Shown piece after piece: positions 1-9,880 of a stretch of 64,000 nt of DNA. The notes under the pieces are model-generated. The model was given only the letters and a program-made list of their open reading frames with translations, did no database searches and was not told where the DNA came from. Made by a program: the position numbers and the translations under genes. Position 1 is the stretch's first letter. Every line of letters starts with the position of its first letter. Origin of the DNA: Cytophagales bacterium (GTDB lineage Bacteria; Bacteroidota; Bacteroidia; Cytophagales; Thermoflexibacteraceae); contig JAAFKA010000014.1 of the NCBI GenBank assembly GCA_013299115.1, positions 1 through 64,000 on the forward strand, read 5' to 3'.

Positions 1-113
1 TCTCCTTCAAATTGCAAAGTCGCATTGAGAAAAGAAATCAGGCTTTCTTTGCGGTCTTCACTGCCAAAGATTTTGTGGAAGGCAACGTCATTTTTTATGT
101 CTGCAAATTTCAT
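1..113 (-). CDS. 5' end of a second tandem copy of the Rpn-family gene, running off the window edge
   Basis: Window positions 1-116 are nearly identical to 929-1044, the N-terminal coding part and start of the 118..1041 gene. The start codon (cat on +) lies at 111-113. Confidence 0.45.
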   Translation of the reverse strand, partial: MKFADIKNDVAFHKIFGSEDRKESLISFLNATLQFEG

Positions 114-117
114 GGGG

Positions 118-1041
118 TTAATATTTCTGTTTTTTGCGTAATTGCTCTATTTCTTTCACAGTCAAACCTGTCAATTCTGCAATACTTTCATTGTCAAAGC
201 CTTTAGAAATAGCTTTGCTTGCAATTTCAATTTTACCTTCAATTTTACCTTCAATTTTACCTTCAATTTTACCTTCAATTTTACCTTCAATTTTACCTTT
301 TGCTTCTCCCTCTGCTAAACCCTCTTCCTTCGCCTTGCTCACTGCCTTGTCTAACCTTGCCCTTTCATCTTCCTCTCTGATGTAAATGGCATCATACGCA
401 TCTAGTTCGGCTTGCGACCACGTGTATTGGTTGGCATTTTCGTAGGCAGATTTCAAACCTTCATCTTGCACATCATCAGGTATGAAGGTCATGTTTTCTG
501 CATTTTTGATAAAATACACCCACTTCTCAAACAAATTTTGCAATTTGTTGAGTTTTTTCTTGAATTTGGGCAGTTCTATCAATGTAAATTCTACATCTTT
601 GAAAGTCTGCTCTCCTGTTTCTACATCTACTACTTGGCTGCGACTGATGTAGCTTTTGCCTTGTGTGTATTCAAAGTTCAAAATGCCAATGAAATATACA
701 GGTTTCAGTTTACGGTACTGGTCGCCGCGTTTAATTTGGTTGCTGTAGGCTTTGGCAAAATAATACAAAACTCTTTTACCAAACCCATCTTTGTCTGCCA
801 CCTGCATTTCCACAATATACGACCTGCCCGACTGGTCGGTTGCCTTTACGTCCACAATGGTTGCTTTGCCACTTTTCAACTTGGGTAGTTGATAAGGGTT
901 TACAATAGCCACTTCTTTAATCCGTTGCTCTCCTTCAAATTGCAAAGTCGCATTGAGAAAAGAAATCAGGCTTTCTTTGCGGTCTTCACTGCCAAAGATT
1001 TTGTGGAAGGCAACGTCATTTTTTATGTCTGCAAATTTCAT
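118..1041 (-). CDS. Rpn-family recombination-promoting nuclease / putative transposase (PD-(D/E)XK; TIGR01784-like)
   Basis: 307-aa ORF. The N-terminus MKFADIKNDVAFHKIFGSE and overall layout are characteristic of Rpn/YhgA-like proteins. The C-terminal region contains a (GKIE)n repeat. Confidence 0.75.
   Translation of the reverse strand: MKFADIKNDVAFHKIFGSEDRKESLISFLNATLQFEGEQRIKEVAIVNPYQLPKLKSGKATIVDVKATDQSGRSYIVEMQVADKDGFGKRVLYYFAKAYSNQIKRGDQYRKLKPVYFIGILNFEYTQGKSYISRSQVVDVETGEQTFKDVEFTLIELPKFKKKLNKLQNLFEKWVYFIKNAENMTFIPDDVQDEGLKSAYENANQYTWSQAELDAYDAIYIREEDERARLDKAVSKAKEEGLAEGEAKGKIEGKIEGKIEGKIEGKIEGKIEIASKAISKGFDNESIAELTGLTVKEIEQLRKKQKY
222..300. repeat. 12-bp tandem repeat (ttcaattttacc x6) inside the Rpn CDS, encoding (GKIE)n
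   Basis: Direct reading of the sequence. The unit length is a multiple of 3, so copy-number change keeps the frame. Confidence 0.9.
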
Positions 1042-1167
1042 GGGGTTAATATTTTTGTAAATTTACGAAGTTTTAGGTAAAAAAGTAAAAAATTATCCAA
1101 AAAAGAATGCTTGATAGAATTTTTGTAAAAAGCAAAATTTTTGCATTTTTGCAGTAAAACAAGTGTT

Positions 1168-1749
1168 ATGTTACATCTCAAACTACCAACCGACCCTCGC
1201 TGGGTAAACATTGCCGAAAAACACATTGGTGATATTTTGAGTGACCATGCGTATTGTGAGCAAAAAGCAGCCTCTTCTTGCATTTCACTGATAGTAGAAC
1301 ACCCTGATAGAGAAGAATTGGTGGCTGTGCTTACGCCTGTGGTTGCCGAAGAGTGGAGTCATTTTGAAAGAGTATTGGAGGAAATGAAAAAAAGAGGTTT
1401 CAAATTGGGCAAACCTCATAAAGACGACTACGTAGTAGAATTGCTCAAATACGGCAAAAAAGGTGGTTCTCCCAATGACAGATTGTTAGACAAATTGCTA
1501 ACCAATGCTTTGATAGAAGCTCGCAGTTGTGAAAGATTTAAGTTGCTTTGGCAAAACATAGCTGATGCAGAATTGAGCAAATTTTATTATGAACTTATGG
1601 TGTCTGAGGCGGGGCATTATGTCAATTTTATAGAATTGGCAAGGCTTTATCACCCTGCAACAGTGGTAGATAAACGGTGGGAGGAATTTCTGAATAGAGA
1701 AGCCGAAATTATCCAACAGTTGGAATTGAGAGGAGATAGAATGCACTGA
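1168..1749 (+). CDS. miaE: tRNA-(ms2io6A)-hydroxylase
   Basis: The protein from MLHLKLPTDPRW onward resembles the MiaE family (ferritin-like diiron fold, ~190 aa). The start was moved to the internal Met at 1168. Confidence 0.65.
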   Translation: MLHLKLPTDPRWVNIAEKHIGDILSDHAYCEQKAASSCISLIVEHPDREELVAVLTPVVAEEWSHFERVLEEMKKRGFKLGKPHKDDYVVELLKYGKKGGSPNDRLLDKLLTNALIEARSCERFKLLWQNIADAELSKFYYELMVSEAGHYVNFIELARLYHPATVVDKRWEEFLNREAEIIQQLELRGDRMH

Positions 1750-1824
1750 TTCTTTACACAACCCCACAAAGACTTGAAACCTTTGCTTGGCTACTAACAA
1801 TAAACTTCTTATTCGTAAAAAACT

Positions 1825-2802
1825 ATGTTAATACCTGCCCAACTTTTTGAGCCACCTTTATACAGTCTGCGAAACGGACATTTGCAAACCATTATACCAG
1901 GGCTATTTAGAAAAATAGATGTTCGTTACCATCGAGAAAGATTGAACTTACCCGATGGTGATTTTTTGGATATAGATTGGTCAAAACAAGCTAAAACAAG
2001 TGCAACACACAAATTAGCTATTGTTTTGCACGGTTTAGAAGGCAATTCGAGCAGGCACTATGTAACAGGTATGATTCGGACTCTGCATCGTTTAGGTTTC
2101 GATGGATTGGCTATAAATTTCAGAGGTTGCAGTGGCGAAATGAATAGGTTGCCACGTTTTTACCATCATGGCGATACGCCCGACGTAGATTTTGTAGTGA
2201 GGCACGTAGCCAAAAATTCACCTCAATATACTTCGGTGGTTTTGATAGGGTTTAGTATGGGTGGCAATATGACCTTAAAGTATTTTGGTGAAAGTGGTTT
2301 GTATTTGCCCCAAATCCTGAAAAAAGGACTTGCTTTGTCTGCTCCTTGCGATATTAGTTCTTGCAGTGACGAACTGACCAAACCCAACAAATGGTTTTAC
2401 ACCAAAAACTTTTTGATTACGCTGGGCAAAAAATTGGCTGCCAAAGCCCAAGTGATGCCAGACAAAATAGACGTAAAAGACTATGACAAAATCTATACAT
2501 TCAGAGATTTTGACAACAGATATACTGCTCCTCTCCACAATTTTTTAGATGCAGAGGATTATTACCAAAAAGTAAGTTCTCAATATTATCTCAACGGGAT
2601 TCAACGCCCTGCTCTGCTTGTCAATGCCCTTGACGACCCTTTTCTGACTCCTAAATGTTTTCCAAAAGAATTGGCAGCAGACCACCCACTTTTCCACCTC
2701 GAAACTCCTGTTTTTGGAGGTCATGTAGGTTTCGAAATTCGCAACGATACATTGAGTTATGCCGAAAAAAGAGCTTTGGAGTGGTTTGGAGATGTGGAGT
2801 AA
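1825..2802 (+). CDS. alpha/beta-fold hydrolase, YheT-like
   Basis: 325 aa, with a GFSMGGN nucleophile elbow and overall similarity to YheT/abhydrolase proteins. Confidence 0.65.
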   Translation: MLIPAQLFEPPLYSLRNGHLQTIIPGLFRKIDVRYHRERLNLPDGDFLDIDWSKQAKTSATHKLAIVLHGLEGNSSRHYVTGMIRTLHRLGFDGLAINFRGCSGEMNRLPRFYHHGDTPDVDFVVRHVAKNSPQYTSVVLIGFSMGGNMTLKYFGESGLYLPQILKKGLALSAPCDISSCSDELTKPNKWFYTKNFLITLGKKLAAKAQVMPDKIDVKDYDKIYTFRDFDNRYTAPLHNFLDAEDYYQKVSSQYYLNGIQRPALLVNALDDPFLTPKCFPKELAADHPLFHLETPVFGGHVGFEIRNDTLSYAEKRALEWFGDVE

Positions 2803-2891
2803 GACAACAACATAAAAGTGTATTTTTTGTTGCATTACTTAAGAAAAAAAGAGAGGAAAAGAAATAAAATCTCTAAAAATACTTTATTCAA

Positions 2892-3827
2892 ATGGATTTT
2901 GGCAAATTAACTTCCATAGAGGGCATTCAGTTTGCCCTACCTGCGGCCCACCCACGCACCACGCACGTATTGGCACAGGGTAAAAAACAACCTTTACAAG
3001 TTTTTGTAGGCTGTCCTGTTTGGGCTTGCAAAGAGTGGCAGGGGCATCTGTACCCCCAAAACACACCCGAAAAGCAGTTTTTGCAGCACTACACCCGCCA
3101 ATTTAACACCATAGAACTCAACACGACCCACTACCGAACTCCTGACGACCTCACTATTCAACGCTGGTACAAAGAAGCTGGCAATGGTTTTAAGTTTTGC
3201 CCCAAATTGTTGCAAGCCATAACCCACGAACACCAATTAACAGGCAACACAGCCGACCAACTTACGACCAATTTTTTAACGCAAGTGGCTGGTTTACAAG
3301 ACAAATTGGGTTTAGTTTTTATGCAGTTGCCTCCTTATTTTTCGCCTTCGGAGGTTTCCAAATTGCAAAGTTTTTTGGAAAAGCATTTTCAGTTGCCATC
3401 GCAAGGCAGACAGCCCCTTCCTTTTGCCATAGAGTTTCGCCATGAAGGTTGGTTTCGCCAATCGCAAGCATTTGAAAAAGTTTGTCAATTATTGGAAACC
3501 TACCAAATAGCCACCGTCTTGTGTGATGTGGCGGGCAGACGTGACGTGCTGCACCAACGACTCACAACGCCTGATTTGGTGCTGCGGTTTGTGGGCAACG
3601 GACTGCACCCAACCGACTATTCTCGTACAGATGAATGGATACAACAACTCAAAAAATGGGTTGCCGAAGGGCTGCAAAATGCCTATTTGTTTATTCACGA
3701 ACCCGACAACACCAAAGCCCCCGAAATGGCTGCTTATTGGCTCACGCAACTCAACCAACATTTGGGTCTAAACCTGAAAATGCCTTACTTTTATGGAAGC
3801 AAAAAAGGTGTGGATACGCTGTTTTAA
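2892..3827 (+). CDS. DUF72 (YecE-like) family protein
   Basis: 311 aa. The FNTIELNTTHYRTP motif and its length are typical of DUF72. Confidence 0.7.
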   Translation: MDFGKLTSIEGIQFALPAAHPRTTHVLAQGKKQPLQVFVGCPVWACKEWQGHLYPQNTPEKQFLQHYTRQFNTIELNTTHYRTPDDLTIQRWYKEAGNGFKFCPKLLQAITHEHQLTGNTADQLTTNFLTQVAGLQDKLGLVFMQLPPYFSPSEVSKLQSFLEKHFQLPSQGRQPLPFAIEFRHEGWFRQSQAFEKVCQLLETYQIATVLCDVAGRRDVLHQRLTTPDLVLRFVGNGLHPTDYSRTDEWIQQLKKWVAEGLQNAYLFIHEPDNTKAPEMAAYWLTQLNQHLGLNLKMPYFYGSKKGVDTLF

Positions 3828-3844
3828 GATTTACCACAAATTGT

Positions 3845-3922
3845 GTAGTGTGGACTTCAGTCCACACATAATGAATAATGTTTATTACTCAGTTAAAATG
3901 TGTGGACTGAAGTCCACACTAC
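3845..3922. repeat. Hairpin-pair element, copy 1
   Basis: Two inverted 24-bp copies of gtagtgtggacttcagtccacaca flank a 31-bp spacer. Each copy is itself a perfect 8-bp-stem hairpin (gtgtggac-ttca-gtccacac). The element lies between convergent genes. The same 24-bp terminal units recur at 61007-61123. Confidence 0.85.
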
Positions 3923-3927
3923 ATATC

Positions 3928-4407
3928 TTACCCAAAAACCTCCTGCTCAAAATACAATAAAATATGTTCTTTCAGCACTTTTTCTTGATTTACCAAATCT
4001 AAATAAGGCAATTTTTTGGTAGGTTTCCAATGCACCCAACCCTCTTGGTCTTTGCCTTCGGGTTCATAAAACTCCGAAAGACTTAGCACCCGACAAATAG
4101 CCCAGTGCATGAGGTCTTGTTTTTCCTCCTTGCTAAAATTTCGCTGTCCCTGCCCCAGTTCTTGTACCCCTATCAGAAACAGCACGCCATTCAGGTCGGG
4201 CTGCTTGCCAAAAATTCCCTCCAAACGAACTAACAACTGCTGCCAAGCTATGGCTACCTCATCGTCTGCAGCTAAGTGCGAAGACAAATTAATGCCTATT
4301 CCTCCATTGAGTTCGAAGGGTCGCAAGGTAGCTTGCAATTTGGGTTTGGACTGCGAGTCGGGCTGCATAGCATATATTTCTGGATTTTTCTCTGGTTTCA
4401 TATTCAC
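3928..4407 (-). CDS. hypothetical protein (159 aa)
   Basis: Long ORF with no family recognised. Confidence 0.4.
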   Translation of the reverse strand: MNMKPEKNPEIYAMQPDSQSKPKLQATLRPFELNGGIGINLSSHLAADDEVAIAWQQLLVRLEGIFGKQPDLNGVLFLIGVQELGQGQRNFSKEEKQDLMHWAICRVLSLSEFYEPEGKDQEGWVHWKPTKKLPYLDLVNQEKVLKEHILLYFEQEVFG

Positions 4408-4409
4408 AA

Positions 4410-4990
4410 ATTTCGGTTATTCACAAGACTATTACTATTGTTATTATTTTTTATTTTATTTTTTTAAAAAAGAAAAAAGAATTTTTTAGTAATACATAAT
4501 AATAGAGGGGTGAATAAGTCTAATATCTTTTTTGGCAAAGGTAGTTATTCAACCTTTATTCAACAAAAAAATTAAGTTATTCACATTTACTCAATAATTC
4601 TTTTTTGGAAGTTCATCGCAATTTATTATACTATTTTTATAAACAACTTATTGATTATCAATAAAATAAAAATCAAATACTTGCTATTTTTTGATTATAT
4701 TACCTACCAAAACGCAAGACTTATTCACAAGGTTTGAATAAGTCTTGCGTTTTTCGAAAAACACTTGATTTTGGTGTGAATAACTAAGGTACAAGCATTG
4801 AATAAATCGGGATAAGGTATAGGTTTATTCACAACATCCGAAAAGTGATTTAATTTTTCACAAAAGAGTAAAATTTATTCACAACTATTCACTTTTATTC
4901 ACTCGATAATCACAATTTATTCACAACTTATTCAAACAATTTCTTAGAAAAAATATATCTTTGCAAAATTTTATATTCTTTGCACCTAAA
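4410..4990. promoter_or_regulatory. DnaA-box cluster plus AT-rich unwinding-like tract (candidate oriC or a DnaA-regulated region)
   Basis: At least seven perfect TTATTCACA (TTATNCACA consensus) motifs in both orientations at about 4417, 4578, 4721, 4778, 4825, 4876 and 4917, plus about eight one-mismatch copies. An A/T-only run lies at 4440-4500. A 16-bp-arm palindrome, acgcaagacttattca...tgaataagtcttgcgt, sits at 4712-4752. Flanking genes are divergent. Confidence 0.5.
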
Positions 4991-4999
4991 ATACCAATC

Positions 5000-5093
5000 A
5001 TGTTAAAACAAGTATTTCAATTCTTTATTTTTTGCTCACTTTGTTTGGGCTTGTATGCCTGTGATATACCTATTTTGTTAATCTTTTTATAAC
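5000..5093 (+). pseudogene. Orphan 5' fragment of the lipoprotein gene (signal peptide only), duplicating the start of 8216..9874
   Basis: Positions 5000-5063 are nearly identical to 8216-8279 (atgttaaaa..ttgtttgggcttgtatgcctgtg, encoding MLK..FQFFIFCSLCLGLYAC). The reading frame stops after about 30 codons. Confidence 0.6.
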
Positions 5094-5107
5094 TCACAAA
5101 TTGAATT

Positions 5108-8100
5108 ATGAAACTATTTATCTTGTGTTTTTATTTTCTATTATTTGGCAACTTTTTGGCAGTTGCTCAAAAAATGCAGTCTGATACCACAGCAATTAAT
5201 GGTTTGTTGGTAAAGGCAAATTTCTTTTTTAAAGAAAAGAAATATGATAGTGCAGCTTTTTATTACCAAATAGCAAATCCGATGCTTGCTGATTTGGGTA
5301 ACAAAAAAAATTGGATAGACAAACAAATTTTTTTGGGGCTTTGCTACCTTAATGCCAATCAATGGGAGAAAGCAAGACTGTTTTTTGAAAAAAATTTGCA
5401 ACAAAGTATTGCCAGTTTGGGAGAGGACAATGAATTAACGGCAAAAAATTATTATTATCTTGGCAATAGTTATTGGAAATTGCAAGACACCAAAAACACA
5501 CTTCTCTATTATGAAAAATCCTTAGCTATTAGAGAAAAAGTATTAGGGCTTTGGCATGATGATGTGGCTTTGAGTTATCAAAACTTGGGGGTTGTTTATC
5601 GGAATATGGCAAATTATGAATATGCTATTAAATTTTATTTGAAAGCATTGGCAATACGAGAAAAAACGCAGGGAAGTAAATCGGCTGCTGTGGCTGCCAT
5701 TTACAATAACATAGGCTTGGTTTACAAAGATTGGTCGTCTTTTGAAGAAGCTATTTTGTATTATAACAAGTCTTTGCATATTAAAAAACAGCTTTATGGA
5801 GAAATGCACGTGGAAGTAGCAGGAACTTACAACAATATTGCAGGTATTTATTATCACCGCCAAGATTATGAAAACAGTTTGTTATTTCATACGAAAAGTT
5901 TGCAAATAAGAGAAAAAATATTGCCTCTGCACGACATAGAAATTGGGGCTTCTCTTGAAAATATTGGGCAGGTTTATAGAGCAATGGGCAAGATTAATAA
6001 CTTTTTTGAGGCTCAACACAAGGCTTTGTGGATTACACAAAAAAAATTAGGTTTGGCACATAGATACAATGCTGATGCGTATTTTAATTTAAGTGACGGA
6101 CATTTAGCAAAAAATCAGATAGATAGTGCAAAAATATATGCAGACAAAGCACTGCAAATTTATACAAAACTGTACACCAATAGGCATTATTTTATTGCAG
6201 CAGTTTATTATCAAAAAAGTTTGATAGCCCAAAAAGAACAAAATATTAGTCAGGCACTTGATTTTTGTCAGCAATCTTTGGTAGAAAATATGCCTTATTT
6301 TGATGGTGGTTCTCCCGATAAACACCCAAGGGCAGCAGGTTATGAGGTAAAAATTATGCGGATAAAAGATTTTCAAGAGGCTATGATACTAAAAGGAAAT
6401 CTATTGCTCACGCAATATCAAGCTACCAAAGACGAACAATATTTGTACATTGGTTTTCGACATTACCTTGTTTTCGACAGCATTGCACAAAGGTTATTGC
6501 CAAATTTTACGAATGAAAACGAAAAATTGTACTTTAATCGCAACATGGCAGAGGCATATAAGGGTGCAGTAGCCACTTGTTTTGTTTTGTCCGCAATTCG
6601 TCACAAAAACTTTTATGCAGAAAAAGGCTTTTATTTCTCTGAAAAAAGCAAAAGTGCAGTGCTAAGTGCTGCCTTAGCTAACACAAAAGCTAAAAAATAC
6701 GCACAAATTCCCGACAGTTTGATACAAAAAGAAAGAATTTTGAATAGTTTGATGGCAAAAACAGATGAAAAAATACTCATTGAGCAAATTGCAGCCAAAG
6801 ATGCAGATAAAATAGACTCCTTACACAATGAATTTTTTGAACTCAAAAAATCTCATAATGAATTGATTGCATCTTTTGAAAAAAATTATCCAGCTTATTT
6901 TAACGCCAAATATGATGTAACAACGGCAAGTATAGCAGAAATAAGTCGTAGTTTGGACAAAAATACAGCCTTGATTAGCTACACAATAGCCGATACTTGC
7001 CTCTACGTATTCACAATTACCAAAAATAATTCTCAATTTGCAAGAGTAACCAAATCACCTTATTTTGATACACAAATAAAAACTTTGCTCAATGCAATTT
7101 ACTACCAAGTCGGCAGTTTGTATGTAAAAAGTGCCTACATACTCCAACAGCAATTAATGCCCACCAATTTGCCAAACAGAATAAAAAATATTATTTTTAT
7201 TACTGAAGGTTCACTCTTAAAATTACCATTTGAAGCCTTGCTAAGTAAACCATTTACAAAAAAAATTGCTTCACTTGACTATACAAAATTACCTTATTTG
7301 GTCAAAGGTTTTGCAATTTCTTATCATTATTCAGCCAATTTATTCTTTCAAAATCTGCAAAGCAAAACAGCCAATCCTTATAAAGAAAGTTATGTAGCTT
7401 TTGCACCCATTTTTACAGAGGAAAGTGAAACAAATTTTCTTACCAAAGGTTGCGAAAGGGCTTTTTATGCCAACGATGAGCTATATGCAAAAGACAGCTT
7501 GAACAAAGCAGATTTTTTGAAAGACTTAGCACCAACAGTTTTAGCGGAGATAAAAAATGCTAACAAAGAAACAAGTCGGGCATTTACTCGAAGTGGAAAA
7601 TTTATTGCAGCCATACCAAAAACCAAAGACGAAGTAGAAAATATTAGCAAATTGCACAAGGATAAAAACCTTTTTTCTAAATATTACCTATTCAAAGATG
7701 CAAAAGAGGAAGTTATCAAGTCGGGTGAGTTAAAAAATTACACCTATATTCATTTTGCCACACATGGTTTTGTGAACGAAAGCCTGCCTGAATTATCAGG
7801 CTTGTTGCTTGCCCAAGACAGTCTAAGCAAAGAAGATGGTGTATTGTATGTGGGTGAAATTTACAATTTAGATATTTCACAAGCCGAATTAGTAACCCTT
7901 TCTGCCTGCGAAACAGGCTTAGGCAAAATAACTTCTGGCGAAGGTGTATTAGGGATTTCAAGGGCATTTTTGTATGCAGGAGCAAAAAATCTTGTTGTCA
8001 GTTTATGGAAAGTTGCAGATAGTTCGGCATCTGAACTGATGTTAGCATTTTATAACAACCTGCTAAATGACAAAGAAAAAAAGAAAAACAAGAGTTTGCA

Positions 8101-8182
8101 AGATGCCAAATTGCTTATTTTGAAAAATAAAACCTTCTCAAAACCTTATTATTGGTCACCTTTTATTTTGATAGGAAAGTAA
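5108..8182 (+). CDS. TPR-repeat protein with a C-terminal CHAT (caspase-like) protease domain and an N-terminal signal peptide
   Basis: 1024 aa. Multiple TPR motifs (YYxxAL/IxE-type repeats). The C-terminal part carries His/Cys dyad motifs, HFATHG ... LSACETG, typical of CHAT. Confidence 0.75.
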   Translation: MKLFILCFYFLLFGNFLAVAQKMQSDTTAINGLLVKANFFFKEKKYDSAAFYYQIANPMLADLGNKKNWIDKQIFLGLCYLNANQWEKARLFFEKNLQQSIASLGEDNELTAKNYYYLGNSYWKLQDTKNTLLYYEKSLAIREKVLGLWHDDVALSYQNLGVVYRNMANYEYAIKFYLKALAIREKTQGSKSAAVAAIYNNIGLVYKDWSSFEEAILYYNKSLHIKKQLYGEMHVEVAGTYNNIAGIYYHRQDYENSLLFHTKSLQIREKILPLHDIEIGASLENIGQVYRAMGKINNFFEAQHKALWITQKKLGLAHRYNADAYFNLSDGHLAKNQIDSAKIYADKALQIYTKLYTNRHYFIAAVYYQKSLIAQKEQNISQALDFCQQSLVENMPYFDGGSPDKHPRAAGYEVKIMRIKDFQEAMILKGNLLLTQYQATKDEQYLYIGFRHYLVFDSIAQRLLPNFTNENEKLYFNRNMAEAYKGAVATCFVLSAIRHKNFYAEKGFYFSEKSKSAVLSAALANTKAKKYAQIPDSLIQKERILNSLMAKTDEKILIEQIAAKDADKIDSLHNEFFELKKSHNELIASFEKNYPAYFNAKYDVTTASIAEISRSLDKNTALISYTIADTCLYVFTITKNNSQFARVTKSPYFDTQIKTLLNAIYYQVGSLYVKSAYILQQQLMPTNLPNRIKNIIFITEGSLLKLPFEALLSKPFTKKIASLDYTKLPYLVKGFAISYHYSANLFFQNLQSKTANPYKESYVAFAPIFTEESETNFLTKGCERAFYANDELYAKDSLNKADFLKDLAPTVLAEIKNANKETSRAFTRSGKFIAAIPKTKDEVENISKLHKDKNLFSKYYLFKDAKEEVIKSGELKNYTYIHFATHGFVNESLPELSGLLLAQDSLSKEDGVLYVGEIYNLDISQAELVTLSACETGLGKITSGEGVLGISRAFLYAGAKNLVVSLWKVADSSASELMLAFYNNLLNDKEKKKNKSLQDAKLLILKNKTFSKPYYWSPFILIGK

Positions 8183-8215
8183 GGACTATCAATTTAGAAA
8201 ATTATATCCCCAACC

Positions 8216-9874
8216 ATGTTAAAAAAACTATTTCAATTCTTTATTTTTTGCTCACTTTGTTTGGGCTTGTATGCCTGTGCCAACCAAGCAGCAGGAGGTC
8301 CCGCAGGTGGATTAAAAGACATTCGCAAGCCACGTATTCGGTTTTCTTCGCCCAAAAATCAGGCTTTGTATGTAAGGGGCAACCAAATAATCATACAATT
8401 TGACGAGGCAGTGAAGTTAAAAAATATCAAAAGCAATTTGCGAATCATACCCAATACGGACAATGACTATGACTATGTGCAGAAAAAAAACAAATTGACC
8501 TTAACTTTCAAAAAAGTTTTTGCTTCTAACACTACCTATGTTTTGGTTTTTGATGACGTAATAGAAGACGTAAACGAGAGCAACAAAGCTACCAATATGC
8601 GGTTGGCTTTCAGCACAGGAGGGCAGATAGATTCGTTTCGGGTCAGCGGCGTGGTGCGTGATTTGCTTACCAACAAACCTGAACAAGAGGCTACCGTCAT
8701 GTTGTATGATGCCTTAGATACCTTTAAGGTCGAAAAACACAAACCTCTCTACTATGCCAAAACAGACACCATTGGCAGGTACTCCATCAGCAACATCAGA
8801 GAAGGCAGCTATTTGATTTATGCTTTGAAAGAGGACAAAAAGAAAAATTTGGTTTATGATGACTACAAAGAAAAGATTGGTTTTCAGGCAGATACCTTGC
8901 AAATAAATGCACAAACCCTACCTTTTGCCGACCTCAAAACCTTGTCTTACGATTTCAGACCTTTTAAAACTACGACCAAAAGACCACGCAAACAATACTA
9001 CGAGGTAAAGGCAAACAAGGCAATTAAAGAATTTAGCGTACAGTTTGCCGACAGCACTTGGCAACAAAAAATTTTGGCTGCCCCCGAAAACGAAACTTTG
9101 CGGTTTTATAATTTGAGTGAAAACCAAGCTACGGATACTTTGGTGGCTTACCTTACCCTCAAAGATTCGGTTTTGGCAGTTGCATACGATACAATCAAAG
9201 TAAAATTTGACGACATCAAGGAAAAAGACAAAGAAAAAAAGAAAACCAAATTGGAAATTAAGGTTACTCCGCAAAGCAACTCGAAGTTTATAGCCAAAGA
9301 ACAATTTACTGTTCGTTTTACTTCCAATTTGCCTTTGGTTTCTTTTGTGGCAGATAGTTTTTTGTTGGCAATAGACAAAGATACCATTCCGCTAAAAACC
9401 GAAGATTTTAAATTAGCTCCCAACGGACTTAGTTTAGAAGTGCTAAAACCTCTACAATTTAAGGAAAATATGAAATTGGTTTACAAGAAAAAGGCATTTG
9501 TGGCAGTGGAAAAAGATACCTCCGCAGCAGGAGAAGTGAGTTATGGTATCAAAAAAGAGGAGGATTTTGCTACGCTGACGGGCATAGTAAAAGTGAAGGC
9601 AGAAAACTTTATTTTGCAACTCATAGGCAATGGCAATGCAGTGGAGCAAGAGCAAAAAAATGCGAGGGATTTTGTGTTCAAATATGTAAACCCAGGTAAA
9701 AAATCTTTTAGAGTGTTAATAGACACCAACAACAACGGCAAATGGGACGCAGGTGATGCCAAAAAAGGAATACCTGCCGAAAAAATTTACTTTTACGACA
9801 CCCCCGATTTGGCTAAAACTGCCCCGAATTGGTTGTATGAAGACATTATAGTGGAGGTAAAAGAGGAGTTTTAA
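8216..9874 (+). CDS. hypothetical lipoprotein (552 aa)
   Basis: Signal peptide with lipobox LGLYAC. No family recognised. Confidence 0.55.
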   Translation: MLKKLFQFFIFCSLCLGLYACANQAAGGPAGGLKDIRKPRIRFSSPKNQALYVRGNQIIIQFDEAVKLKNIKSNLRIIPNTDNDYDYVQKKNKLTLTFKKVFASNTTYVLVFDDVIEDVNESNKATNMRLAFSTGGQIDSFRVSGVVRDLLTNKPEQEATVMLYDALDTFKVEKHKPLYYAKTDTIGRYSISNIREGSYLIYALKEDKKKNLVYDDYKEKIGFQADTLQINAQTLPFADLKTLSYDFRPFKTTTKRPRKQYYEVKANKAIKEFSVQFADSTWQQKILAAPENETLRFYNLSENQATDTLVAYLTLKDSVLAVAYDTIKVKFDDIKEKDKEKKKTKLEIKVTPQSNSKFIAKEQFTVRFTSNLPLVSFVADSFLLAIDKDTIPLKTEDFKLAPNGLSLEVLKPLQFKENMKLVYKKKAFVAVEKDTSAAGEVSYGIKKEEDFATLTGIVKVKAENFILQLIGNGNAVEQEQKNARDFVFKYVNPGKKSFRVLIDTNNNGKWDAGDAKKGIPAEKIYFYDTPDLAKTAPNWLYEDIIVEVKEEF

Positions 9875-9880
9875 AGTTGT

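Noticed and set aside
134-385. 83-aa + strand ORF with (ILPS)n
   Set aside because: It is the antisense of the 12-bp repeat within the Rpn-family gene.
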